Below are positions 1 through 11,828 of a stretch of DNA of 64,000 nt, piece after piece. Positions within the stretch are counted from its first letter, which is position 1. Each line of letters begins with the position of its first letter. Both the position numbers and the translations under genes were made by a program. Where the stretch lies: assembly GCA_977862235.1 (NCBI GenBank), contig OZ374565.1, positions 1,240,001 to 1,304,000 on the forward strand, written 5' to 3'. This DNA comes from Dudresnaya verticillata (taxonomy: Eukaryota). The notes under the pieces are model-generated. The model saw only the letters and a list, made by a program, of their open reading frames with translations. It had not been told where the DNA came from and ran no database searches.

Positions 1-540
1 GCGCGAATCAAGATCGCACGCGCCATGAGGCGCATGCGGCTGTAAGGAAATAGTCCACGTGTAGGTGTAAGGACTCGAACGGGGAAGCTACGCGTGATCT
101 GTCAGGAGCGCGGCTGCATGACGGACGGATCTGTCAGACGCGCCTCGGGGCAACACGTGTCCCGAGTTCCCGCGTGACGCGTACACACGCGTCGCCGCCG
201 CTAGGTAATTCTATACTTAGTTGATCCGTCTCAGACGTCACAGTAAACCCCGGAAAGCCGGCCTTGGTCCAGACTTCCCCGTTTAGGACGCGTGCACCCT
301 ACCGCTGCCTACGGCTAAGCGTCTACCTCCGTGCTTCCACGTCTCTACCCGTCCTTGACGTGTTCCCTTTCTGTTCTCTTTTGTTCTTCTTTTCCGCCTC
401 GGGCGTTTACAGTCCGCCCAAGGCGAGTCAACCGCTCTACCACCAGTCGCCTACGGCGAGGCTACTCATCGCCGCAGGCGGCGCTACCCACCGAGCCCCG
501 AACTGCTCGGCGGTGTTCCGTCACCGACGTTTGCACTACA
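1..540 (+). repeat. Gypsy-type LTR, 3' part (5' end outside window); same family as 874-1786
   Basis: Near-identical to ~1245-1786; ends ...TTTGCACTACA; followed by CCGA-TGGCG, a possible PBS/leader. Confidence 0.85.
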
Positions 541-873
541 CCGATGGCGTTATGAATCATTCGAGTACGAACCGTCTCCCGCGTTGACTTGTATTCGTGC
601 TCACGTAGTATTATTTAGCCAGTCGTCTGGCACAACCTCCGAGGGTTTCCGGTAAGCGACCAGCGCCCGGACCTCGGAGTCTTAGGTAAAGGCCTGTTTC
701 TTCGAATTCAGTGTCTTTGTCTTCGTGACCGCGGATACGGTCGAGCCTCGCTTTCGATAGCCCCGCGCACCCGGAGTCATCCCCGGTGATCTATCGCTCG
801 AGTCCTCCCTTCCGCACACGAATACGTTGACACCGAGGTCCTTCGCGTTGGTCGCTCCGCTCTACCACGCTAC

Positions 874-1786
874 TGTAGTGCCAGGGGGGTCCCCCATTTT
901 CGCTTTCAAGCGGGTTGATAAGCAGCGTCTACGGACGGACGACCGCCAACGGCGCGCTCAACCCGCCCGCGGCGCAAACACGTCACCGACGCCTGCCGCT
1001 GGCCACTTGGGCCAGAACGGCTCGCTCGGCGTGCAGACCGCACGCCTGAACCCGGGACACTGTACGGCGCCACGCGTACGCGCATGGCGCAGTGGCGGGA
1101 ACGTTCGCTGTGAGCGTGGCCCGAATCCGGATCCAATCGGGATCCCACATCGGGATCAGACATCGGGATTAGGTAGTGTAAGGCACGCGCCTGTAAGCCT
1201 GGAGCATCCGCATCGCTGGCCCGAATCCGGACTGGATCGGGATTGGTGCGGATCGAGATCGCACGCGCCATGGGGCGCATGCGGCTGTAAGGAAGTAATC
1301 CACGTGTAGGTGTAAGGACTCGAGCGGGGAAGCTACGCGTGATCTCTCAGGAGCGCGGCTGCATGACGGACGGATCTGTCAGACGCGCCTCGGGACAACA
1401 CGTGTCCCGAGTTCCCGCGTGACGCGTACACACGCGTCGCCGCCGCTAGGTAATTCTATACTTAGTTGATCCGTCTCAGACGTCACAGTAAACCCCGGCA
1501 AGCCGGCCTTGGTCCAGACTTCCCCGTTCAGCACGCGCGTACCCTACCGTTGCCTACGGCTAAGCGTCTACCTCCCGTGCTTCCACGTCTCTACCCGTCT
1601 TTGACGTGTTCCCTTTTTGTTCTCTTTTGTTCTTCCTTTCCGCCTCGGGCGTTTACAGTCCGTCCAAGGCGAGTCAACTGCTCTACCGCAAGTCGCCCAA
1701 GGCGAGGTTACTCACCGCCACGGGCGTCGCTACCCACCGAGCGCCGAACTGCTCGGCGGTGTTCCGTCTAGGACGTTTGCACTACA
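874..1786 (+). mobile_element. Solo LTR (Gypsy-type), 913 bp
   Basis: TGTAGTGC...GCACTACA termini; 5-bp TSD GCTAC at 869-873 and 1787-1791. Confidence 0.92.
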
Positions 1787-1851
1787 GCTACCACCCTTTT
1801 TCGTTTCTCCGTTAGGCGACGAGGCCATTCGTTAGGCTCCGAGGCCATTCC

Positions 1852-2193
1852 TTACAGTGCGAGACTTCCCCGCGTCACGTGGACTTCGTTATACCACATA
1901 CCTTCCATTACTATGGATCCCGATTCCGGATCCCGATGTCCGATCTGGATCCGATCCGGATCCGGGCCAAGCTTACAGGCATGTGCCTTACACCTTGTCG
2001 ATCGGAATGATAATCCGGATCTGCACGTACAGTGCGCGTGCGCGCCGCGCCGCGCGGGGTAACGGCGGCCGTAGGCCCGTGGGCCAATCGTCCATGACGT
2101 GTTCGCGCGCCAACGGCGGTTGAAGTGCCGTCGGTAGACGTTGCCATATAATACGCTCAAAGCGAAAAAGGGGCAGCCCCCCCTTACACCACA
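1852..2193 (-). repeat. Truncated 5' part of a related Gypsy LTR
   Basis: Minus strand begins TGTGGTGTAAGGGGGGG...CCCCTTTTTCGCT like LTRs at 874 and 40581; same GATCCG-rich tract. Confidence 0.7.
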
Positions 2194-2917
2194 AAAGTGA
2201 CCAAGGTGGAACGATACTACCTGCACACACGAACCACGTTCAAGAAGGCTGGCCACCACCGGCTCCTCCAGGATATCATTCTCGTCAACAACACCCTCAA
2301 CAAGGGGACAAGGTGGCGGACATTTCGGCTTCATGGATCACTTAAAATTCAAGAGCACTGTCGTGCAGTGTGCACCAAAGAAGAGCAATACTGCTTTAAT
2401 TGATTCAGGAGAAACCCACAACTTCTTTTTTCGAAATCTTTCTTCCACGATTATGAGACAATGAAGAAGATGAAATTTACAGCTGCAGCGGGTAAATCCA
2501 TCATGGTTGGAAAAGGAAGATTTGTGCTTCTAATTGATGGTGGGAACAAAATTCAAGCGTACCACGCCCCGGAATTTTCGACGAACATCCTTTTTGTGGG
2601 TGTGCTCTCGAAAGTTTTCAACTTCTTTTTTACGAGCAACCCTCCAGCACGGAATAATATCAGCACCTGTTTCATCCATCGCAGGCCTGACAATGTGATT
2701 GTATACAAAATTGAAATCCTCGAAGGATTATATACCCGACATCTATCCACCCATGTTGAAGAATCAAGGAGCAGGCTTGGTGCATCGCTTAGAAATGCTG
2801 GAACATATTTTCACGAGGTTTATGGTCACTGTTACTCAACATCACAAGCCCCATACGGAAAGACAGAATCCGACCATGCCTTACATGGGCATTACCGCAC
2901 TGCTCATCCAAGCAGTG
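2194..2917 (+). pseudogene. Degenerate Ty1/Copia polyprotein, part 1 (protease to GAG-pre-integrase region)
   Basis: LIDSGETHNFF protease motif near 2400; YHAPEFSTNILFVG; HYRTAHPSS, which continues after the nested insertions. Confidence 0.75.
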
Positions 2918-3610
2918 TGTGGTCAAGCGGCCGTTGTGGAGTGCCGACGACGGTTGAGCCGACTCACGACCGGCGCACCGATGAGCTGGCGCCAAAAACC
3001 GAACGGGAGTGCAGCGACACAGTAGCACTGTACGCCTTGCTGGAGTCTGCGCGCACCACCAATAGGAGCCAAGTAGTTGATTTATTTGTAATTAGGTAAT
3101 TGTAATGATGCTGTACAGTACGTAGTGTCAGCCGGCCAATGAGAATGCCGAGCATGTCCGCAACGGTGACTGGGACCAGTAGGGCCGGACCCACCTGGTG
3201 GCCCAGACCCACCTGGTGGCCCAGACCCATTGGGGTCTGGCCCACACGGACCGGACCGCGGGGCGTATCTCCCAGTATATTAATGGGTGGCCACCGCGAG
3301 TCCTACAGTAAACGGGTACGCAACCCTTGGCAAAGTGACTTACCCTAAGCCTTACCCTCATACTCCTTTACGGTTTCCCCTCGCCAGCCCCGCGCACGGA
3401 TTCCTCTTACCTCCGTCCCGGTGTAGCTGCCCTAGCACTGTACCGTCCCCCTTGTCTGTTGCGTCCCTTTACTCCTTACAGGTTTTGCCGCTCGAGGTAC
3501 TCCCTTCGGTCTACGAACTAAGCTCTACCACCCCGGTGCCGTGTGAGATCACTCCTTATTGGGATTGCCTGAACAGCTCTCCTTACAGGTGTGCCTTTCA
3601 CATCACCACA
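2918..3610 (+). repeat. 5' LTR of family A
   Basis: TGTGGT...CACCACA; direct repeat of 14700-15395 with about 20 differences by eye; internal 18-bp tandem GACCCACCTGGTGGCCCA x2. Confidence 0.95.
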
Positions 3611-3770
3611 TCTTTTTGGTCTCCCGACCTAGAACACCGTCAAGGTAGAATAATCTCCGTTGGACTCCGCTTCGGTAGGAGATCAGCTTTGTGACAACTC
3701 CGTATTGGTGTAAAGGCAGGACAAGGCAAAACACTCGTTGACTCCATTTTGGTAACCTAAGAATAGACAC

Positions 3771-6378
3771 ATGGACCCTACCGTATCGGATCAAGGTGAG
3801 GTGCCGTCAACCGCGAGATCACGCCGCGGTGACGATAACACCGTCCCGGAGGTGCCCTCTACTGCGAGAACACGCCGCAGTGAGCCCACCGCACCGGAGG
3901 TAGCCTCAGCCACGAGAACACGCCATGGCGATGCTGCCGACCTGAACCCCGGTATGGAGAACCCCGAAGAACTCCTTAAAGGTGTAGCCAGTAAGCTCGC
4001 TAGATCCCGACCTGGTTCAGACACTTCCCGCAAGGATGTATCCAAACCAGGTGACTCCAATCGTGTCCATTGGATACTTTCGGAGGTCATCCCACGGGTG
4101 TTGGAGAATCTCCGTATAGAGGTGCAACCCAACATGGTCAAGGAGGTTGAGACCACGCTCGCCGACACCGTTCCGGTCATTGTTATCTCCTACCTGGAGA
4201 AACACCTTCCGGAGTTGGTACAGACGCTCATCCGTCAGGAGCGTCAGGCATCGGAGATCGTGCAGATGCCCATCCCCGGACAACCCCTACCGGGACCCAA
4301 GGAGCAGCCCTTTTCTGGACCTACCCCGATACGGAATAACTTCCTGGCGAAGGGAGAAACGACGTACATATGCCAGAAATCCCCACTCAGGTGTTTCCGC
4401 CCGATCCGGTAAGGACAGCGGCAACCCCTGGGTTACCTACCCAAACTGAATACACCGAATTTGATCCAACACACCAACCCCAACCGAATCGGAGTACGGT
4501 CCCTGGACCCGCAGAAGTGCCTGCGGGGGAACGTATCACCGTGCCGGTGGCTTCGCGTAGAGGCAGTGAGCACTCCGAAGGTGACTCCAAGAAAAGCCAA
4601 GACCGGAGTGGTAGAGACAGTGCTGACAGAAAGGCCAAGGACTCCCACTCTGATAAGGAACGTGACCGTTTCGCAACGGAGCAAACGCGCTTCGCGACGG
4701 GACAAAGAACACTCCGGTACGGAATCTGATGATAGCCAACACCGCAATAGGAAGAATAATAAGCGCAACTCGCGCCATAGGCGCCGAAAAGGGGATGACT
4801 CCTCCCATTCCTCTGGCTCTGATACGAGCTACTCCGATACGGATAGGGACGAGCGGCGTCGGGCCAGAAAACACGACGCCAAACACCGAGAGGTCGACAG
4901 GCCACTCCCAAAGGTGATCCGGCCCCTGAACGACAGGTTCGTGAAGGCGCTGGATTTCCGAACATACCGACTGGAGAAAAGAGTTCATACTACAGCTCTA
5001 GCTTGTCCCAGAATATGGGACGTATCCGCAAAAAGCTGGAGGTGCAAATGAAATCCCACTCCTTTAACGGTACAGACCCCATCACGGTCCTTGGATTTCT
5101 CGCGAAGTTTAAGGATGCGTGTAACATCAACTCCATTTCCGAAGGAACCGCACTGTGGTGTTTCCAGTTTTTCTTGAGTGGACAGGCTGAAGCTTTGCTT
5201 CAGGCCCATCTCGCTGGTGGCACCATGGCCGTCGACGAGGAACAAGCAGAGATGCTTCGCACCAATACCGAAGTGGTGAACTTTTTGCTAAGGACTTATG
5301 CTACCGATGAGGTGATTGCCGAAGGGTATTCGGACGTAACGTCGTTTCGACAAACGTCGGCCTTAACGGAAGAGCAATTCTCCAACCAACTTTGGACTAA
5401 GGCACTCCGATGCGGTACAGTATTCTCCGACAGGTCCCTCAAGTCGCTGTTTGTGGAAGGACTCCTGCCGGGAACGTGTCAGCAGATGCGCAATTATCTG
5501 GAAACACACCCCCACATGGATTACCAAGCCATCACCCGCTACGCTAAAGGGCTTGGAGAATCCCATCGGGCAACCAGACGCCAAACCTCAGCGGTGCACG
5601 TCTACGATGGAAACCTAAGAGTCAGTCACGACGCTCTGGCGTTCTGTCCATTGGTTCTCCATCGGATTACACCTACTCGAAGTATCCCACTGAATCGGAA
5701 GAGCACGTGCTCGCCCTGGAAGGTGGCGCGGGTCGAAGCGCCGGCACCTCGTCGGGGGTTACGTTTACTACCGCGTACTCTTCCCCACCGAGTAGTGTCT
5801 ACCCTACTCCGCCTCGGACTCCCAACCTTCGCCCACTAGCGCCAAGGATGCTACCACCCCGGCAACCCCGCTACGGACCGGCTGATAGCCGCTACGGCCC
5901 CTCCACGCACCGTCAAGGAACCGAATACCGTCAAGGAACCACCGGGCAGCATCCCAGCCATATCGGACACCCCCACGGCAACACGCCTCCCCGTCAAGGG
6001 AAGGGCGAACACCGTATTGGAAAACAATCCTATGCCGCAGAGCATACGGATCACACCTCACCGGATGTTAGACGCCTCTATGGAAGCGGCTACTGTCGTT
6101 TGGGCCTCTCCCCGGACCATGTCATTTGTCCGTATCTGAGCGATACCGAAAGGGGTCCCCTGATGGAAGAGCGCGAGCGCAACTATCAGGCGCTCCTCCT
6201 CAAGCGGCAGGCCTTCGCAAACTCCAATACGGGAAATCGTCCGCCGGGTGACTACCAGCAACGCCCAGGGCGGGTGTTGACTGTCGATGGTGGTGCGGTT
6301 GGCGAGCCCCCAGCTGATATGGTGGAGGAGGCACTCATGGCGCATCCCGACTCGGAAAACGTCGCAGGAGACGTGTAA
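3771..6378 (+). pseudogene. gag: gag of family A, broken by about 4 frameshifts
   Basis: Consecutive ORFs 3771-4412, 4370-4729, 4461-5051, 5003-5839, 5707-6378; capsid-like block FNGTDPITVLGFLAKFKDACNINSISEGTALW; degenerate CCHC-like CRLGLSPDHVIC. Confidence 0.8.
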
Positions 6379-6416
6379 GGGCGTCCCCGTCTCCTCAATG
6401 CGACGTTGTACGCCCA
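6354..6416 (+). promoter_or_regulatory. Putative -1 programmed ribosomal frameshift signal (G GAA AAC plus pseudoknot)
   Basis: Heptamer in gag phase just before gag stop; -1 frame open into protease; AGGAGACG/CGTCTCCT stem and GGGCGT/ACGCCC second stem. Confidence 0.7.
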
Positions 6417-9400
6417 CCAATACGGGCTTTGCCGGACTGTCAGTACGCCACCATTACGGAGTACCCCCTTGATTTTGTTCCAGAAATCCCCCTTGAATTT
6501 CCACCACCCGGTGATTCTGTCTGTGTTCTACAACGGCAGAATTATAAAATCCAGATTACCGTGGGAAAGAGCAATGACCTCATGTTGCCTCTCATCACCG
6601 TATTGAATTCTGGTGCTGGGCCAAATCTCATTAACGCCAGACGGCTTCCGCGCCACTGGTTGTCTTTGATTCGCCCCGCTGACAGTCCACCTTTACGGGA
6701 TGCGTCCAATAGGTCGATACGCCCTCTTGGTGTCACTCAACTTTTTGTCCGTATCGGAGAATTGCGTACTCGAGTGCACTTCCTGGTGGTCGCGAACCTC
6801 GCTGCTCCGTATATTCTGGGAACCAGTTTTATTGATCGCCATGTCAAGGCGATCCTCCCACCGGCAGGGAAAGTTGTTTTTCATCACCACCCCCCGGTTT
6901 CGCTAACGGGACAAACCAGATACTCCAAAACGGTGGCTGCTTCTACTCTTCAGGGCCCCCTGTGTCATCCGCTTCGGTATCACAAAAGCTCCGACTAGTA
7001 ACATCCCTTATTATCCCCCTACGACCCAATCCCTTGCATTGGTCACCACTCCTACCGGTGGTTTGTGTTTCCTTCAAAACCATCCCAAACCCATCCATAA
7101 GCACCTCACCCTTATGGCTAATGGAGTTATGGATATAAACCCTAACAAACCCTTTAAGGTGTGGCTGACTAATGTTTCCCCCAAACCGGTGCGGTTACCC
7201 AAGTCTACCGTCCTGGGCCTCGCTACTGCTGCTCCCTCTGCCATACTCACCGTTAACGGTGTACCTCCATTTAAGGAGGGGGGAGGACATATTAATTCCT
7301 TTCCTACTCCTCCTAATGAAAGCAGCAAGGCTACACCCCAAGATGGATTCAAAGGAAACACCGTATCGGAATCAACTACAACCCCTGACACCGATTGGAA
7401 AGATAACATCCATATTGGTGCCAAGGATGAAAAACTCCGCGCTAAGGTGGTTACAATCCTTGAGGAGTTCAGCACTATGTGGAACGGTGAGTTAGGAAAT
7501 ATAACTGCCGCAAAACACCGTATTGAATTAATGCCTGGTGCCAAACCGGTGTATCAAGCACCATATCGGGCAGGACATAAACAGCGCGAGCTGGAGAAGG
7601 CAGAAGTGGATCGTGTGTTGTCCGCTAAGGTGATCGAACCATCCGCTTCGGAGTGGGACAGCCCTGTGGTCTTCGTTCCTGAAAAGGACGGCTCCATGCG
7701 GTTTTGTGTCGATTATCGACTTCTTAACGCTGTCACCGTTCGGGATTCATACCCTTTACCCCGGATGGATGAATGTATCGACTCCCATGGAGAAGCTACA
7801 GTATTCACCACTCTGGATTGTAATAGTGCCTACTGGCAAGTAGAGATCCCCGAGGAGGAGCGTGACAAAACTACCTTCACCAGTCATTATGGATTATCCC
7901 GCTTCCGGAGAATACCTTTTGGGCTCAAGAATGCACCCGCTACTTTCCAACGGGCGGTTGACATCATCCTATCTGCGGTGAAATGGCAATTTGCCTTAGT
8001 CTACCTGGATGATGTGATTGTATATTCTAACACCGTCACGGAGCACTTCAAACACCTTAAGGAGGTCCTCACACTACTCCGTTCCGCAAGTGTAACTCTG
8101 AAATTCTCAAAGTGTGCCTTCTTCGACACTTCCGTACAGTATCTAGGCCACATAGTGCGCCCGGGCCAACTGGAAGTGGAACGGAAGAATATTCTCGCCG
8201 TTAAGGAGGCTAAGCCACCTACAAACCAAACGGAGTTGCGCTCTTTTCTAGGATTATGTAACGTCTATCGACGCTTCGGTCCCAATTTTGCACGTATTCT
8301 TTCGCCACTCAATAAGAAAACCGGCAAGGGTCTGGTATTCGAGTTTGGAACTCTCACCGAAACGGAGTTTAACGCCTTTGAGGAGTTAAAGAGACACCTA
8401 ATCTCCCCTCCAATATTGGCTTTACCCCGTCATAGTTTCAACTATACGTTGGATACTGACGCTTGTTATTTCCAAGTTGGGTGTGTCCTTCTCCAGGAGC
8501 CACCTAGTGGAGATAATCTACCAGTGGGTTACTGGAGCCGAAGTCTAACCGATGCGGAGAAGAATTACAGAACCACTGAAAAGGAGTGCCTTGCTGTCGT
8601 TTGGAGTATGCTAACGCTACGCCCCTACCTTTACGGTGAAAAGTTTATACTCCGTACGGATCACGACGCATTACGTTGGATATTGAGTCTAGCCGATGCC
8701 TCTGGACGATTAGCAAGATGGCGCCTACGCCTATCGGAATTTGAGTTCGAAGTACAATACCGCCCTGGTACCAAGCACCAACTCGCAGGCGGTATGTCGA
8801 GACTCCGAACAGGTGGTGCTGACAAAGCTGAGTTGGATGAGGAAGTACCTTGCTTCGTTATGGAATCGACTCCTAATGGTGTAGTGCAACATGGTGTGCG
8901 ACTAACCAATTGGAAACAGACCCAGCAGCCTGATTCCGCAAGCAGCTTTGTCCTAGGCGGTGAAAGTGGAGACACCGAAACGGATACTACGCCTGAAAAG
9001 GATACAGTACCACCCACTCCACTCCGGCAAACGGTCATCCAACAAGAGGATATGCGCAATGAGACCCTTACCCGTGAGGCGTTCATAGCCGCGCAAGCAA
9101 CAGATACTTTCTGCAAGCTTAAATCCGAATCGGTGGGATCCCCTGGATCACAATTTGACTACGACCGACATGGGTTTCTTGTGCGCAAGTCTGCCCTCGA
9201 CGGCGCACTCCAAAAGGTGGTACCGCAACAGATGCGCGGCAGGATCCTGTATCTTGCCCACTACACCTTGATTTCGGGACACCCTGGAGGAATTAAGATG
9301 TACTACACCTTACGGAGAGACTACTATTACGAAAACCAAACGGGGGTATGTCTTTGTACTGGTCATCACCGATCGGTTTTCTAAGCTAACACGGTGCATT

Positions 9401-11400
9401 CCGTTACGGACTATTACAGCCGTCGTGGTAGCGAACGCATTTTTAGACCATTGGGTGTATGCGTATGGCGCTCCTAAATTTGTACTCACCGACAATGGAC
9501 GACAGTTCACGGCGAAGTTCTTTGACGCTGTCTGTGCCCTATGTGGCATAGACGTCAGGTCGAACTGACGTCTAGCTGCGCTGGTCGATCAGTCGCACCC
9601 AGACCCGTCGAAGGGTGGTAGCTGTGGTGGTAGAGCGGTGGTGTCGGCCGTGCGCGCCGTCGACGGTCGCGGATCAACGGCGTCGAAGCCTGAGCGCGCA
9701 CGGGGCGTACCGTAAGCGGGCGGCAGCGGCCGGATCCCTGCGTCCCCGTCGTGGGGCGGCACGAAGCCGACGGTAGGGAAAGGAAAATGAAAGCCTAGGA
9801 GGCTAGGGAAAGAGGGAAGCCGTAGGGCGAAGGACTGGGAAAGAAACCCAAAGCAGAACGGGCAAGCCTGGCGTAGGCTGGCTTGCCTTGTTTACTGAAG
9901 CCCAGAGGGGCGACTACTAGATATACTACAGGGCCTACGGCGGCACCCACCCAGGACGTGCGCCGGCGCGCCCCAACACGCATCGGCGCGTACGGGTAAC
10001 GGTAACCCGGGGGCGCGCGTAGGCGGAACGGTCCACACGTACTCAACGGCTCGACGCCGGGGTGCGCGCGCGTGTCACGCATTCAACGGCTCTGCGCCAG
10101 AGTGCGTGCGCACAGCGCGCAGGACAGCAGGGCGTTCGACCGCCGCTTACACTAGACGGTGCTGTACACTTACAAAACAAAACAATAAACGTAGAAATTA
10201 CATGGGAGTTTCAGTGTCACACGCGAACGCGTGCACACTTGGGCGCCACTGCGCACTCCCTTACAGTTCAGCGGGGCTTCGGCGCCACCGGCTGACAGCG
10301 TGCGCACAGCAGTGCACACGTGTCGCAGCTGGTCTTACAGCTGCGCGTGCGTGGCACAGCTGGTCTTACAGCTATGCCACACCCTACTCGGAGTGCGGCA
10401 TTTGCTGACCGCTGCTTCTCACCCGCAAACCAACGGGCAAGCCGAGCGGTTTAACAAAACCATCGCGCAGCGCCTCCGACACTACGTCGAGGATCACCAC
10501 ACCGATTGGGATTTATACCTACAGCCGTTAACCTACTCCTATAATATGCAGGTACACCGGATCACGGATACTACTCCTTTTGACTTGGTGTTAACTCGAC
10601 ACCCACCGGATATTATTGTGCGTGGCACCCCTGTGGAGTTGGAAGAAACCGTTACGGAGGGGCGTATGACGCCCGTACCCCAAAAGCGGGGAACCATGCG
10701 GCGTTTGCGTTATGCCCTACAGAAGGCGCAGACCAAACAGACTACAGCCCAGTTGAAGTCCAAGGTCCTATTCGACCGTAAGGTGCGCTTCCGACCGGTG
10801 GTTCGCGGTGGCGATCAGGTCTACGTAGATCGCCCGCCGCGCAATCTACGGCCCACCGAACGGAAGGAACGCAACCGATTGGGCCAAGGCCCTGACCACG
10901 TCGGTGAATTTGCGGAGCAAATGAAGAAGCTCCTCCCAAGATCGACGGGCCCCTACTAGGTGCACACCGCAACGGATACTGTAGTCACTATCAAGAAGGA
11001 TGGCGTCCTGATTCCCATGAGCATCGATCGCATCACTAAGGTACCAATTGGAGTTCCCGTGCAACCGGCGCCGCTATTGGCTCCGCCGGTTACGCCACAC
11101 ACCGACGTGGACGGTACAGTATCCCAGCAGGCGGGAGGCACCACAGTAGTATCCCAAACACCAGGTGGTATTACTGTAACGCCCCAAATGCCAGGCGGTA
11201 TTTCTGCCCCCGTGTCAATTAGAGACAATTGATGCCGACACGGAGTATGTCATCGAGCAGATCGTGGGACACCGCGAAGAACCCACGGGCATGACCTACA
11301 AGGTGCGTTGGTACAGCTAACCACCAGACCAGGACACGTATGAACCCGCTGAGGAGTTGCCGCAAAACTTCACATACCGCTATTGGAATAGAAAGCGCAC
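6360..11400 (+). pseudogene. pol: pol of family A (PR, RT, RNase H, IN, chromodomain), disrupted
   Basis: LNSGAGPN (protease D>N), RFCVDYR, YLDD, LDTDAC, TDHDAL, VITDRFSK, LTDNGRQF, HPQTNGQAERFN; chromodomain EYVIEQIVGH..YKVRWY..DTYEPAEEL at ~11240-11400; frameshift ~7000, deletion ~9326, solo LTR insertion, stops. Confidence 0.92.
9542..10381 (-). mobile_element. Solo LTR inserted in family A integrase
   Basis: TGTGGCATAG...CTATGCCACA termini; TSD CCCTA; integrase DAVCAL|LGVRHLL rejoins on removal; orientation inferred from CAGTAAAC motif. Confidence 0.9.
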
Positions 11401-11828
11401 GGCAGCCGCTGCAGCTCGACTTCGCAGAGCTCCCACACGTCGATAGCCAGTCGCTACACACCCACGCAGTAGGGTTTTGGCAAAATCGGGCATGACCCGT
11501 GGACTCCGTGTTCACAGAACCCTTGCCCAAGGGACTCTACTCCATATTGGTGACTTGGCGTTGGTACAAAATGGGCATGACCTCTGGACTCTGGAACCAC
11601 AGAACCCTTGCCCAAGGGGCTCTACTCCATATTGGTGAATAGCCGGCAAGCGAACAACCACTTCTTGTATGAGGTGGTCGTCAACCTGACGCAAAGCCTT
11701 GTATGGTGTAGGGTATCCCCGCCACTTCGGGACTCACTCCACAGTGGTGTTATTCCACTTCCCCTCCGCCAGTGGAAGGGGGGCTCACAAAAATCACAAG
11801 ATTTTATTGACAAGTGGCATTTTTACGC

